Origin: a virus
Taxonomy: Duplodnaviria > Caudoviricetes
Reading direction: 5' to 3' (one strand)
DNA length: 64,000 nucleotides
IMG/VR virus record: IMGVR_UViG_3300037400_001273
Span: 12,034-76,033 of that record
Of the stretch, positions 33,600-47,425 are shown piece after piece (the first letter of the stretch is position 1; every line of letters starts with the position of its first letter). Under the pieces are notes generated by a model. The model saw nothing but the letters and a program-made list of their open reading frames with translations, made no database searches and was not told the DNA's origin. The translations under genes were made by a program, and so were the position numbers.

Positions 33600-36500
33600 T
33601 TATCTAATACTCTGTATAAAACCTGCAAGACTATAACCTATGGTTGTATAGCTGACTCTTGGGTGCTGTCCGTCACCAGCCCATACCTCCTTATTAGCAT
33701 AAGAATAACCATTAGGATAACCATCGAATGGATTTGACTCCGTGATAGTGTATGAGTTTTCACTATCTATCAGGTGTGCAGTATCAACGACATAGATAAG
33801 TTCTGCCTCCCTCTTGTCGTAGTTATCGATTATGAACTTCCTATGCTTGAACATTCTTCTATGAACATCCAATCTTTGATAGTGATTGACATTTGGATGT
33901 GTCACTGTGTTTGGGCATAGAACTACGAATTTGCCAGTAGGATTAACTGAGTGGTAAGATGCTATAACAGCATCTAATTGTGACTTCCATATTGCCAAAT
34001 TCTCATCAGTTGGCTGAAAGTTCACCCAGAAATCGTTCACGCCAAGATATACACAGAATATGTCTGCTGTGTCAATAGACCACATGGATAGGTACTTAGA
34101 ATAATTCCATTCCCATGTGTAGTATTCTTTTACTGCTTCTACATTAGCAGCGACTTGAACCCATGAGCCACTTTGATACTCTTTGAACACACTATTTGTA
34201 GAGTCGTATATTACATCACCTTCTATTGGACTTACAGGGAAACCATCTGAGCCACATAAAGAAGCATAGTGCGTGTATCTCTGCCCATAACCTGTAGGAC
34301 TGCCACCACATACATTTTTCCAGAATGCTGTATTACCCCAATATCTATGATTTCCTTGTGGATGATAGAATGGGTTGAAATAGTTTGCATTAGTCTGAAC
34401 AGTAAAGAAGGAGTTGAGAGTCCATCCTGCACGTCCATCTAATCGTTGATTTGCCAAAGCACCTGTATTGACAGAGCGAGTGCCTACCATTTGCAGATTT
34501 GGTACTTTGGTTGTGTCTAACAAAGTTGGAGTAAAACATCCTCCGTCTGTATAGCTATCGCCCATTATACCAATCTTAATCTGAGAACTTCCACTACCAG
34601 CAGTTCCTTTGACAAGAAAAGACTTCTTTTCGAGGATGAAAGTTTCTTTCTCATCATCATACACTTTAAGCGTGACAGATGTAGGCTCTGCCGTGTTGGT
34701 GTTCAAAGTCAGAACTCTTTTGATTGCCTTAACATAACTTCTGTAAGAAGGACTTGTATCAGCGCGAATATCATAACGATAAGGGTTCCATATCCTTAGA
34801 ATTGGCTCATAGAATATATCGAAGTTTACGCCTGAGAGGATGTATAGCTTACTTGGCATAACGATTTGCTGCTTATCAGAAGCATCTTCTTTAGGAATGT
34901 AGCTTTCCTTCAGTTTATAGCCATATTCTTGATAGCTTGTTGACTCTTGCCCGTATTCGACTTGCACATTGTTGAAATATGTTTGGTCGCCTTGATATTG
35001 CAAACTTATTCTAACATAAGCAGCATTCTGTGGAATGGCAACAGGCATCTCCTTAAAATAAGAAATAAAGGTCTTATTGGAATCATAGAATGCGTTTGCA
35101 GAACCTCCAGTACCATATTTATTTGAAACGATATAAGCATTGCTCGCATCAACAGGTATATAGTCCGAAGCTGCATAAGCGTCACTACTTGACTCCCGAC
35201 CTAACGTATTTATGTATTTTCCAAGCGTGACTTTTGTTTTGTCAAATAAGTTTTTTGAAGGCTCAAAGAAAATAGTTTTATCCTCATTCACAGCTCCATC
35301 TGCAAGTTTTTCTGTTGTAATAGAGCCATCTTCGACCTCAAGCATTTCATCGTCAATATATCCACTAATAGGATTATACGCAGAGTACTTTCGTTCTGTT
35401 CCCTCGTTTAAGCAAGGGTCTGTTACATTATCAAATTGATAGCAACTAATACCGATGTAAGCTGCATTATTCGGAGTTGTAAATTGCTTTGTGGTTGTAT
35501 TTACCGAACTTATAAAACTACTTACATCATTAGATGAGTAGAAGCATATACCACAATCACTAGAACCTCCTGTTACTAATCCTGACTCAACACCATTCCT
35601 AAGACATGACAAGTAATAATCTGTGTTAGGCTTAATAGGAATCAGTGGTACTCTGCAATATTTTCTTGTTCCATCACCAGAGACAATAGCACCAGTAGAT
35701 GCTTTATAGTATTTATTTGCTATGGGAGCATCTACTCCGTACCAATCAACAAGATTTTTAGAATTTGGTTGAACTGCTATTACCTGTTGCACACTTTTTA
35801 CTCCGTTTGCTCCGATGTTAGTTCCATCATAAGTACCTATACCTTTTATGTATACATTACCGTTTACATCTATTTCAAAGGCATTAGCGCGATGTTCTGC
35901 ATCTGCTCCTACACCTACAGAGAACTGAGTTACACTTGATGTACTTTGGTTATACTTACCCGATGCATGTTCTGCTTCATTAGTTGTTTGAGTGCATTTG
36001 CCTTCTGAATGTGAATAATTCCCTGATGCTTCAGTTTGATAACCTTCTGCAAATGAACCTGACTATGCAGAAGAAGTATTTCCCAAAACATAACCTCCAT
36101 TAGATTCCGTAACAGGCGAAGATGAAGATGAAGATGAAGATAAACTAGTTTGAATGTCAGAAATTACAGTACGTAAAGGTTTAACAGATGCGTTATCACT
36201 ATTAGCTCCTGTAAATCCACCAACACCATAAATATATGTATCAGCATTTTGTTTTACTTCAATAACATTTTGTCTTGATGAATCCTAATCTCCACTACCT
36301 AGAGCAAACCAGTTAGCTATAGATGGATCATTACTAATATATTCTTTATTATATTGTCCTATAAAGAAACCACCTCTACTATTTTCACATACTAATTTTT
36401 GTCCAAATAAAAAGGTTGTTGCTGTACCATTTGTGTTAATAAGATTATCAAATCCAATTGAATAACCATTAGCATTAATTACATTTTTTCTACCTATAGC

Positions 36501-37643
36501 ATAACCATAAGCATTTAAAGTATTTTCTACACCTATTGCACATGAGTAATTATCAGTTGTATCTTTATTATTATATCCTATTAATGTAGAATAATTACCA
36601 TTGTTTACATTTTGAGTTCCTATTAATGTAGAATAATTACCATTGTTTACATTTTGAGTTCCAATTGAAGTTGAATATGTTTTTGAATTATAATTATTTG
36701 ATCCTATTACATTAGAATAATTACCTGTATTATAACTACCATATCCTAATATAGAACTCCAATCACCTGTGTTACCAAATACTCCAAAATTAAAACTGTT
36801 ATTTTTACTTATGTTTTCTAATCTATATAAAACATTAGTTAATGTACCTAAGTCTGTATCTAAAGTTATTGATATTTTCTAACCATCAGTATTAGGAGTA
36901 ACCGCAGTTATTTTAGCAACTTTTTCATAAGTATTAGCATCTAATAAATATGTATCTTTATAGATATCTTCAAATATTGGTCTTATCCAATTTGTAGGAT
37001 CATATGCAGAAGTAGTATCAATTTGTAATTGATAACCATCAGAAGCATTTCCAGATATATAAGCTTTTGATGCGTTTCCACCAAATCCAAAAGCATATGC
37101 TCCTTTACCTACTGTTGCAATGCCTCCAATTAATGAATCTGTTGCAGTAGATTCAACTTCACTTTTCGAATTAATAATTAAATTATTGTTACTATCTAAT
37201 GCTAATTTAGAATTAACATTATTATTCAAATCATTTAATGCTGCTGAAACTGCTTTTTCATTAGTATCTGTTTTTTCATCTAAATCAGCTAAAGCTGAAG
37301 CTGTAGTTTTTTTATTATCATCTACTTTATCATTTAGATTATCTACTTTATCATTTAAATCGTTTAATGAAGAAGATGTAGTTTTTTCTAAATCTTCAAT
37401 ATCTTTACCTAAATTATCTGTTTTATCGTTTAAATCATTTAAAGCAACAGCTATAACATTAGAATCTCCACTTCCATCTAAAAGTGTTTGGTTGATTTCT
37501 TTCTGATTTTTTCCAAGAATTTCATCATAAACATCTCCAGCATAAGCTACAACTCCACCTACTTGACCATCTCCATCGCCACCTGTAGAATGAAGTGATC
37601 CAGGGATGTTTACATTTCCTGTTTTTCCGTTATTTATATTCAT
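33600..37643 (-). CDS. Tail fibre/spike, 1347 aa: coiled coil, YadA-like repeats, C-terminal SGNH hydrolase (3 TAG=Gln)
   Basis: Track ORFs 36879..37643 and 33600..35792 are one frame, read open across TAGs at 36879, about 36285 and 36063. Has ALNDLN heptads and GxxN beta-repeats. SGNH blocks: GIMGDSYT, DGRAGWT, LGVND, GDGQHP. Confidence 0.8.
36576..36662. repeat. Perfect 42-bp tandem duplication
   Basis: tcctattaatgtagaataattaccattgtttacattttgagt occurs twice plus tcc; encodes GTQNVNNGNYSTLI x2. Confidence 0.9.
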
Positions 37644-37649
37644 ATTTTA

Positions 37650-39710
37650 TCAAGGGTTAAAAGTTATATTTCTTGTTCCTGCTTGTTGTGTACCTGTTAA
37701 ATATACATAAGCAGTCATTCCATTAATTGTAGTTGATTCTCCATTAACTGTATAAGGATCGTCTGCTAAACCTCCTACTTGTTTAACTCTTATTCTACTT
37801 TGTCCACAAATAAATGCTAATCTTTGATTAGCAGTATAAGTAAATGCTTTATTAGTAATTGTTTTAATATTACTAACAGGAGAATCTGGAGAATAAAGAT
37901 TATCTACTTTCGCAATTTCTGTAATTACTTTAGCTGCTGTATCAATATTAGAATCAACAAGTGCTATATAAATAGGACAAACTTTATTAATAGTAGCAGT
38001 TTTACTAATTGATTTAGTATATGGTGCTGCTATTGATGCAGTTAATGTATAAGTTTGAGGTGCAGTTACACTATTTTGAATACTAACAGAAGTTTGACCT
38101 GACTTTTCTATAGTTTGTCCATTACCTACTAATTTAATAGAAGTAATTTTATCAGCTGTAACTTCTGGAGGAAGAGAAACTGTACCAGTTGCAGTAACTG
38201 TTTTAGGATAACCAGCGTATAAGTTTCCTAATGTAAAACCAATACTACCTGTAATTTGATCAATAATTTCTTGTAAGAATCTTGATTCTATTGCAGAAAC
38301 TCTTGCTTCTAAAGCTGCATTTCCAGCTTCAGAAAGAATTTCTTGTACTGATTTAACTCCTATTCCTGTTATATTTGTTCCGTCGTAACCACCTGTTCCT
38401 TTAATATATAAGTCACCATCTGTGTTTACTTCAAGTGCATTTAATTGACTAGTTTCTCCAATTCCAACTGAAAATACAGTTACATCTTCAGTAGATTTAT
38501 TTCTAGTACCACAAGCAAATTCTCCTTCATTCTTAGTGTTTGTAAATACACCAGAAGCATGAGAATAATCTCCTACTGCATTTGTACCTAAACCTTCAGA
38601 ATGTGAGCCTTGTCCATCAGCTATTCCAGATTCAATATAAATAGTATCTGTAGTTATTAAATCATATTCAATTGGAGAATCTAAATATAATTTAACATTA
38701 TTTTCTACAATTTCTATATCTGTAATAGTTTTTACACTGAAAGAAGCATCAATTGCATTTGAAGATAAAACTGTTCCTTCATCAATACTATCATATATAG
38801 AAGAATCGATATCAATTTCAGTACTATCTGTTGTATAATCAAGTATAACTTCTACAGGAGTAAATGATCCATTATCATTTATATAAACATATTCTCCCGC
38901 ATTTATATTTTCAGCAAAAGGAGCATCAATATCTACAGCAACAAATAGTTGTCCATTTAGATTTCCATAACTTTTTGAAACTACATTAACACTTTCAACT
39001 TTTTTAGGATAACGTAATTTAGAACCTACTACAATATTTTCATTATTAGCTATAATAATGAAATTATCTCCAGCTGTATACGCTTCTTCAAGATTAGAAG
39101 ATGTATTTAAGCCTTTACCTTCAGAATGAGAATTTTCACCTAAAGCATTAGTATTTAATCCTTCAGAAAAAGAATTAGCTCCAGATGCTTTATTATTTAT
39201 ATTTGTTTTTAAACCTCCGTTTTCTTCTTTAAATAATCTACTATTTTGTAAATCAGTTATTGAAGAATTTATTCCTTCATGATAAGAATCTATTTCAGTT
39301 TTTGTATAAAATAAATCCTAATCAATTATATCCTTTATAGGAATTATTATATCTTGTTTGTTTGCATCAGTATTAAAACTAATTATCAAACATTTTGTAA
39401 GTGTATTATCTATTTCTACGTTATCTACTCGAACACTATTTATAATTCCATCTTTAATAAAAAGAGTAGCGTCTAGATAACATACTATTGTAGAATCAGA
39501 ACTTCTAAAATTAATTCTTTTTGTATCAGAATCATAATCAACAGTACTGATTCCAGCGGCAATGTTTCCTGTGTCAACTAATTTTTGATATAGGTCTTGG
39601 TTTATTGCTTCTTGTGTTTTACCCTATATTCTATCGTCAATATCATAAGTATTGACGATACCTTTTCCAGCCATGCCGCTTGTTAATTGTTGCGTAAGAG
39701 TATATGCCAT
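37650..39710 (-). CDS. Tail fibre protein with YadA/Hep-Hag-like repeats, 686 aa (2 TAG=Gln)
   Basis: Absent from the track. Read by hand from ATG 39710 (2 nt after upstream TAA) to TGA 37650. SHSEG/SFSEG/SHASG repeats and a neck motif FSVGIG...NALEV...G.LYIKG.GGYDGTN. Confidence 0.8.
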
Positions 39711-39711
39711 A

Positions 39712-41007
39712 TTATTTTAAATATAAAGTATCAGCTTGTGCTTTCCAAAGTTCAGTACTACGATAACAATTATAACCTTCTAATGTTCCTTTACTAATAA
39801 ATCCAGCAGGAATAACATCTGCTGCATCGTGGAATATAGAGGTAGGACTAATAGATTTTGTTTGAATAATCCAAACGTAAGATGTTGTACTAGGAGTTCT
39901 TAAATTATAAGTTTGTCCAGAAACTAATCCATTTGCTTCTACAACTGAACCACCTTCAAGCATTGTAATATCTTCAGCTGTAATGTTTTCTTTTGTACTC
40001 CATCCAAAGTAAGTTTTCTTAGCATTTAATGTAATACTTGGACTCTTAATAATAGCTGATTCATATCCAGGGTTTTCAGTTTTAACTTGATATTTTTCAG
40101 CATCAGCAGATGTATTAATTGAAATTTCCATTGGACTATTAAATGAAGTCCATGTAGCACCACCATTAGAAGAATAATAATTAGCTACACCAAACATTTC
40201 TGATGGAATTAAATTAATTGTAGCTTGTGTTGAATAGTTATTGTTATTATTATTTCTCTGAACAGTTATACCTCCTTCTTTACACTTAGGATAAATTTTA
40301 ACTTCATATGTATTTTCTGTAGACCACATTCCATTATAAATAGCTTTAACTTTAATTACATATGTTTTTACAACATTATAAGCATCAAGATTAAATCCAC
40401 TTTGTAAAGAGAATGAACCACCTGTAATTTGATATTCTCCTCCATCTATAGAATAATATAGAGTAGAACCAGCTTTATTATTTGTCACAGTAATACCAAC
40501 AGATCCTGTAATAATTTTTTGATTTAGATAAACAGCAGAAATAGTAGGAGCAGCTGGAGCAGTTAATTTTTCCCAAGCACTACTTACATAAACATCGTTA
40601 TTTGCAAAAGTAACTTTCATTTTATTTAACTCATTACTCCATTCCATTGTGAAATTATTATTTCCTAATGCTTCTAAATCTTCTCTAGTTACATAATTAG
40701 CTAAATCTGATTCAGTTAAGAACTCTGATAAATCAAGATCTGCTGTTCTAAGATAATCTCGTAAATCTTCTATTGTGGCAAAATTTTCTAATAAAATTCC
40801 TAAATTTTCTCTTGCAAGACGTTTTTTACGTTCAGTGTTTAGTTCTGCAAGTAATTCAGAAACTTTAAAATAATTTGAGTCATCTATAACAGTTGAACCT
40901 CCTTGGTTTCCGTTATTCTAACTTCCATTTCCACTAAAATCTATTGACTGACCAGGATTTCCATAGATTCCTGATCCACAACATTGTTTAACAAAAGTAT
41001 CATTCAT
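39712..41007 (-). CDS. Tail-fibre-associated beta-rich protein, 431 aa (one TAG=Gln)
   Basis: Track ORF 39712..40647 extends in frame to ATG 41007. Has LAEL...KRLARENLG and YVTREDL fibre-type repeats. Confidence 0.7.
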
Positions 41008-41164
41008 AACTTAATAATTTTTCATAAATTAAGAAAGGATTTTTTAATTCGCTTGCAGTTTCTATAAATGTTATTTTAGTCAAGATCTTTTGATAATCAT
41101 CTTGATACCCAACATTTAATCTTTTAAGCAACTTCTAAAAATCAGAAATGACCGAATTTTTCAT
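41000..41164 (-). CDS. Small hypothetical protein, 54 aa (TAG at codon 10)
   Basis: MKNSVISDF(TAG)KLLKRLNVGYQDDYQKIL...; overlaps both neighbours and fills the gap. Confidence 0.55.
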
Positions 41165-41948
41165 TACTTGTATCGCATCCACAACTAACTCCTCCTTTTC
41201 CTTTTAATTCTTCTTTACAAAAATTGTTACAACGTGTAAATTGTTCTATAATTCTTTGTGCTTCTAAGAAACTTCCTAATTCAAGTAAATAAGTTACAAC
41301 ATTAATTACCATCCAAAGTAAATCTCGTTTATAAATTAAATCTTTAAATGCATCAAGATTACAATCTAACGGACAATACTTGTTTAATAGCTTAGTAGCT
41401 ATTTTAGTATAACAACGCTTAGTATTACATATTGTAAAAGTTTCATTACAAAGTAAAGAAATTGTAGATTCTTCACTTAGTATTTCTTCTGATTCACGAT
41501 TGAATACATCTGAAAAAGGAACTTGTACTAAACCATCTTCTGTATATTTATATACTTTTAAATTATCATATACATAAATATATTCATATGGAATATTATT
41601 TATTCCAAATTCTTCAGATACAAGATCGAACCATTCTCTTGTAGGAAGTATAACGTGAACTAATCTATATAGTCCATCTTCATCTAATTTAAATTGTGTT
41701 TTATCTGGTACATTATAAATCTCTCCATTTTCTGTTTCTTGTAAATGTTGAGATATTTGCATGCTTTTTAAAGTTTCTTCGTTATCAGAATTAACTTTAT
41801 ACAATACATTAATAGTTACAGTATCAGTATATCTAAAAGATCCAATTCCAATAGATAATTCTTGAGAATAACTATTATTATCAAGTTCTTTTCCTGTAAC
41901 TGTTATTTCACATAAGTGATTTTTACAAATGTCTATTGATGTATTCAT
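41142..41948 (-). CDS. Conserved crAss-like tail-region protein with Cys-rich C-terminus
   Basis: Intact 268-aa ORF: RDLLWMVINV...AQRIIE...CNNFC...CGC. Confidence 0.65.
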   Translation of the reverse strand: MNTSIDICKNHLCEITVTGKELDNNSYSQELSIGIGSFRYTDTVTINVLYKVNSDNEETLKSMQISQHLQETENGEIYNVPDKTQFKLDEDGLYRLVHVILPTREWFDLVSEEFGINNIPYEYIYVYDNLKVYKYTEDGLVQVPFSDVFNRESEEILSEESTISLLCNETFTICNTKRCYTKIATKLLNKYCPLDCNLDAFKDLIYKRDLLWMVINVVTYLLELGSFLEAQRIIEQFTRCNNFCKEELKGKGGVSCGCDTSNEKFGHF

Positions 41949-42023
41949 AATTACATATTTATTGATTATTTGTAAAAGTAAATCAAATATTTAAATTTTC
42001 AAAGAATAATTTAGACTTATACA

Positions 42024-42054
42024 AAAAATGGAAGGAAATTACTTCCTTCCATTT
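42024..42054 (-). terminator. Rho-independent terminator
   Basis: AAATGGAAGGAA / TTCCTTCCATTT 12-bp inverted repeat with a T tail on the minus strand, right after the stop at 42059. Confidence 0.75.
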
Positions 42055-42058
42055 AATT

Positions 42059-45000
42059 TTAATCTACTCTTCTAAAATAATCATTAGCTAATGCTGCTAA
42101 AATGCCTCTATTAAGTACCTCTTCAAATTTAGTAATTTCAGATTCAGTAAAAAGTATTTTACAACTATTTATACTACAAGCCTCTAAACTGTTATAACCA
42201 TCTTGAGAGACTCTATTATCTAATGATACTTCATAAAATACATTATTTACAAAATATTCACCTAATTCTATTTGTCTATCGTTTTGATATCTGTATGATT
42301 CAGAATAAGGATTCTAAGAATTTATATATGCATTATATTTTTTTAAAATTTCGTTATAACCACGAAAACCTACGAATCTTTTTGTATTATTCTTTTCTAC
42401 AATAAAACAATATCTTTTTTCAGGAAAATCGATTAATACTCCATTATCCATTCTTCTATAGACTCTACATCTTCTATATGTTCCTATATTTGTAATTCCA
42501 CATTTAGTTTTATTATCTATTGTGAAATAAGGCTTATTAGCACTAATTTTATATAATAAATTTCCAGTAAAATTACCTAATTCAACTACAGGTGTATTAT
42601 ATGAACCATAATTAACAGTAGGCAAACTATATGTAAATGGTTTTGTACTTTCTACTGGTTCATCAGTAATTACATCAGATAAATCAGGATTACATCCTTT
42701 ATCTTTAAACGCAATAGTTTTTGTTTTATTACCTTTTAAAGGAACAGTAACAGATTGTGGTGAATTATTATAATTAAACTATGTAAAATATTTATTCGAA
42801 CTAATTCCCGAATAAATTATAGTACCAATAATTTTTAATTCAATTTCAGATTCACATATAAATTTATGACTATAAATATTTACAGAATTATCTATAAATT
42901 GATAAAAAGTTATTTTATTTGAAAGTTCAAATACATAATCATTAGATGGATTTCCTGTATAAAGAACTTCTTCTCTTATAGGATGATCTGTATCTATTTT
43001 CCAATATGTTCCGTTATTTCCTGTTAATTTTGTTAAATTTATAACGTACATATCCGTTCCACATCTTGCTAATAATAAAGGAACTCCATCATCGAAGCCT
43101 TGATTATTAAGTATAGCGTGTTCTGGTTTCTAAGAATTATAAATAACTAATTCAATTGAACTATCAGAATTTTTAGGAGTTACTTTGAAACTTTCTGCAT
43201 TAACAGCACCTGTAAACGCAGATGTTCTTGCATTAAATTCTATTCTTGAATTTTCACCATCAAGTTTAATTCCAGCACTATTTAATTCTCCTGTAAGTTT
43301 ATCTATAGCGTTATTTACACTAAATTCAATACTTTTATTAGTTTGAGAAATGGTACTATATGATTCAGAAATTGATTCTCGAGAACTAAACTTTAAAGGT
43401 GTAGTTCCAGAATTTAACATAGGAGCAGCAAATTCACAAAATACTTTTGAACAACCGTTATGATTTGTATAAAAGTTATAAACTCTAGAATAAGGTTCAA
43501 AACAAAATGCTCTATCTAAATTATCATTACGTTTTGTTAAACTTGTATCCGTATTTTTGTTAACATATTCACTACCTGCTTCAAATGTAAACCAAATTTT
43601 AAACCATCTGTATCTTATATACTATTCTATATTTATACCAGAATTATCAACATCTCCAAGACTTATAGTAAATGCTTTATTTAAATAATTTAATAAATTA
43701 CCCTATCCGAATTTAATCCATAATCCAAATTGATTATTATCAACTGATCCATCCTTAAATCCGTTTCCTGTTAAATCTCCTTGATTATTAAACTTATATG
43801 CTTTTTTGTGTTGAGTATTATAAAGAGTTTCTGAACTCCAATTTTTAACTTCTTCTCCATCAACAATAGTATATTCTGTATTTTCTATATCTTCAAGAGA
43901 ATTTTTTGTAGAAAGAAGAGTAATATAAAAATTAGGAGTTAATTTTGCTAATTCAGATACAAATCCTACATTTAACATAAGATTTTGGAAAGAACATCTA
44001 AGCTTATCTGAACTAGTAGGAACATCGATAAGTGATGTATATCCTGAATTAAAAACTGCAGGTAATTTAATATAAAATGATGCTGTATACTTATTACCAG
44101 ATGTTACTTTTAAATTTGTATATAATCCATAAATGTGTCTTCTATCTTCAACATCTAAATTATTAATATCTGAAGGAGGATTATTATCATATATTATAAA
44201 TGATTTAATACTCTTTTCTAATACGTTTGAAGAATTCATTTGATAATAATTGTTATTATCATAATATTTATTATATACATTAGTAGCTGGATTAAGTATC
44301 TTTGTAATATTAGAATAATTAGGATATTCTTTATATCTCTTATGCCAATAACTATAATCGTTTTTAAATAAAGGATCATGGAATTTATTAGTTACTGCAC
44401 CACCTGCACCAACTGTAGAAGCAATAAAATCTTTAGTTTGTTCTATTGTAGAATATCCAGCTAATTTTCCATCAACTTCAGATGCTACTGTAGAACTAAT
44501 CATTCCAGGAACAATATTTTGTACAGCAGTATTTATTGTATTACCTAATCCATCTGCTGTAGTTTGAAGTTCACTTACTTGTGATTTAATACCATCAGCA
44601 GTTTGTTTAATATTACTTACTGCTACACTATTTGGAATACCAAATTTTACAGTAAATGGTTTAGTTTTAAAATCAGCCAAAGCTGGAGTATAATCGTTTT
44701 CAGCTTTTTTAATTACAATTGCTAAGAAACCTATTTTATTATTTCCAAAATGTAAAGGTTCTAATTTTGAACCTTCAATAGATTCAGAATAAACACAATT
44801 AGCAGCAACTTTAAAATTACTATTTGTTGTGTTAGTATTTATAAAATAAAGTTCTGATATTATATAATCTGAACTATGTAAAAATAAAGTATAATCAGTA
44901 TTAGCATTTGGAACTTTTAATTTACAGAAAACAGTACCGTTCCAATTTGAAGAACTTGCAGGAGATAAATCAAATACAGGTCCTTTTTGGAAAGCTTCAT

Positions 45001-47425
45001 ATCCATTTAAAGTAGCAGCATTATAAGTATTAGCTCGTCCAGAACTTATACCATCATATTCTGAAGAAGATGTATCATTTCCTGTATTTTCTATATCAAT
45101 ATATTCAACTCTACTTACATCAGTTTCTAATTTTTCAACGGTTTGATCGAAAACAGATTTTAAAACAAATGGGTTATTTGTATTACCACCTGTTGCAATT
45201 GTATGCATTTCACTTTCAAGTCTATCAGCTGTACTATTTAATGTAGATTGTGTAACAAAACCATTTCCTACTAATCCTGTTACTGTATTAGTTCCATCTT
45301 GAGAAGCAACTCTTTTATAAATATGTCTAATTAAATCATCCTCATTACTACCTGTTTGTCCTGTGATAGCTTCACTTATTTGGTCAGCAGTGATTTTAAA
45401 ATTAGCCATTTTAGAAGTTACTGATTCAAATAATTGAATTGAATATTTATCTAGATATTGATTATTATTATCTTTCTTAATCTTTATAAAAAAAGTAAGT
45501 ACTGAACTTGCAGCATCACTTGAAATATCGAGTCTAATAGATTCTGGATTAGTTACTTTAATCCATCCTTGACTTGCATTATCAAGAGTACCTAAACTAT
45601 TAATTTGAATTGCATTTCCAAATTTATAATAAATTGTATCAATGCAAACACACTTCATAAAATAAGTATGTCCTTTTTCAAGATTTGCAGTAACTCTTGC
45701 TTTTTCACTAAAAGTTCCAGAATTATCAATACTAAATGTAGTAGTGATTTTATGATTTGCATCTAAACTATTATCATCTGCAAATTCTTCTACAAGCTCT
45801 AATGAATAATCAGCAACACTTTGATTAATTGAATCTTTTGTAGATTCAATAATAGATTGTAGTGTTCTATAATTATTTCCGTCTTTTAAATATTCTAATA
45901 CTGTTGCATTAATACGATCAGCAGTCATTCCAAGTTCTGTACCTTTAAATTCATCACTATTTAAATAGTTTGCAACAGTAGCAGTTATTGTTTCTGGTGT
46001 TAATGTTAAATTAGATAATTGACCACCATTTTTTAAACTTCTAATAGCAGATGCTACAATTCCTTCAGCAGTTTGTGATAATTGTGATTGTGTTAAATAT
46101 TTTTGAACACATACTTTTACATCAACAGCTTCTGTTAATTGAGCAGCACCATTATATTGAATATAAAGGTATCTATCGTTTTCATCAGGAATAGCTTCAT
46201 TATTCCCATCTAATTGTACAACAGTTGGAGAGTTTACTCCATCAAGAGTTAATTCTTGCCAATCTGCATCAGAATAATTTGGAATAGATGAACTTGTTTT
46301 TATTTTAAACTGATAATTTAAAGGAATTACTTCATCACCATCAGCTTTATCCCAAGACATATAATAATATGTTTCTTTATCGAGTGCTCCTTGTACTCTA
46401 CGAACTTCTCCAGGATTAGTATTAACAGGGAATCTAACAGTTTCAATAACTTCTAAATTAACATCTCTAACTGTTTGAGATATTAAACTATCAGTCATTC
46501 TCTTTACTGCTGATTTAAGAGTAGAATTATTAGGATCACTAAAATCAGATGTTTTAACATATTGTGACATTTCACCTTTAACAACATCCCATTCTTCACC
46601 TATTTCTCTAACTCTATCTTCAGCATCATTCATATTTTGTAATGTCTTCTGGTACATTCCATTAGCACAATCAACAAAATCTTGGAATTTTGTTACTTGC
46701 TAAGTTTCACCATTAATATTAGTCATTTCAAAATTCTTCTTTCCTATTGCTATATCAACGTAATCTAATACTTTGTTAGCAATAGTATTTTCATCATTAA
46801 CATATGTTCCTTGAATACCCCACATTGTTTTAAGTCCATTTACAGTATTACTGATTTCATGTAAACTTTCTGGAGTAATTTCACCATTTGTTAATGCTTC
46901 TAAATCATTTTGAGCAGAAGTTAAAAGAGCATGGGCATTTGATAAATCTCTGTTAGCTTCATTTAATGCTTGACGTACTTCACCATTATCTCCAAAATAT
47001 TGTGCGTACATTGTTTGCATTGAAGCTACTGTAGCTTGTCCTTCGGTAATTGCTTGATTGATTTGTTCTTGTGCTTCTCTTAATGCAATTTGTGCAGCAG
47101 TATTACCTGTGGCTACATCACCAACAAGAGCGTTAGCAGTATTAATAGCATTATTAACAGCCTCTCTTGCGTCAGCTAAAGCGTTTTCTACAGCGTTTAA
47201 TGCTGCTTGGTGAATTACATCTGCATCTATAGAAGCACCATCAATTTCTGCATTTGCTACAGCTGTTTTAACATCATCATTCCATAGCCCAGATAATTGA
47301 GCTAATGGAATGTTGATATTTTTATAACTACCATCTGATAGTTTTTGTACAGCAGAGACATAAGTAAGATCCTTATTTATGTCTTTTGCATTTATTGATT
47401 CAAAACTTGATAATTTTCTGTTCAT
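42059..47425 (-). CDS. Large tail fibre/structural protein, 1788 aa with 6 TAG=Gln
   Basis: Track ORFs 46700..47425, 43703..46657, 43130..43420, 42779..43051 and 42314..42625 are all one frame joined by TAGs and end at TAA 42059. Long coiled coil followed by beta-rich domains. Confidence 0.8.

Noticed and set aside
36119-36141. (GAAGAT)n microsatellite as a phase-variation tract
   Set aside because: The unit is a multiple of 3 and encodes a poly-Ser linker, so slippage would not switch frame.
33600-47425. Diversity-generating retroelement or invertible shufflon at the tail fibres
   Set aside because: No reverse transcriptase, recombinase, near-identical TR/VR pair or inverted repeats were noticed. 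The repeated neck modules are diverged paralogues.
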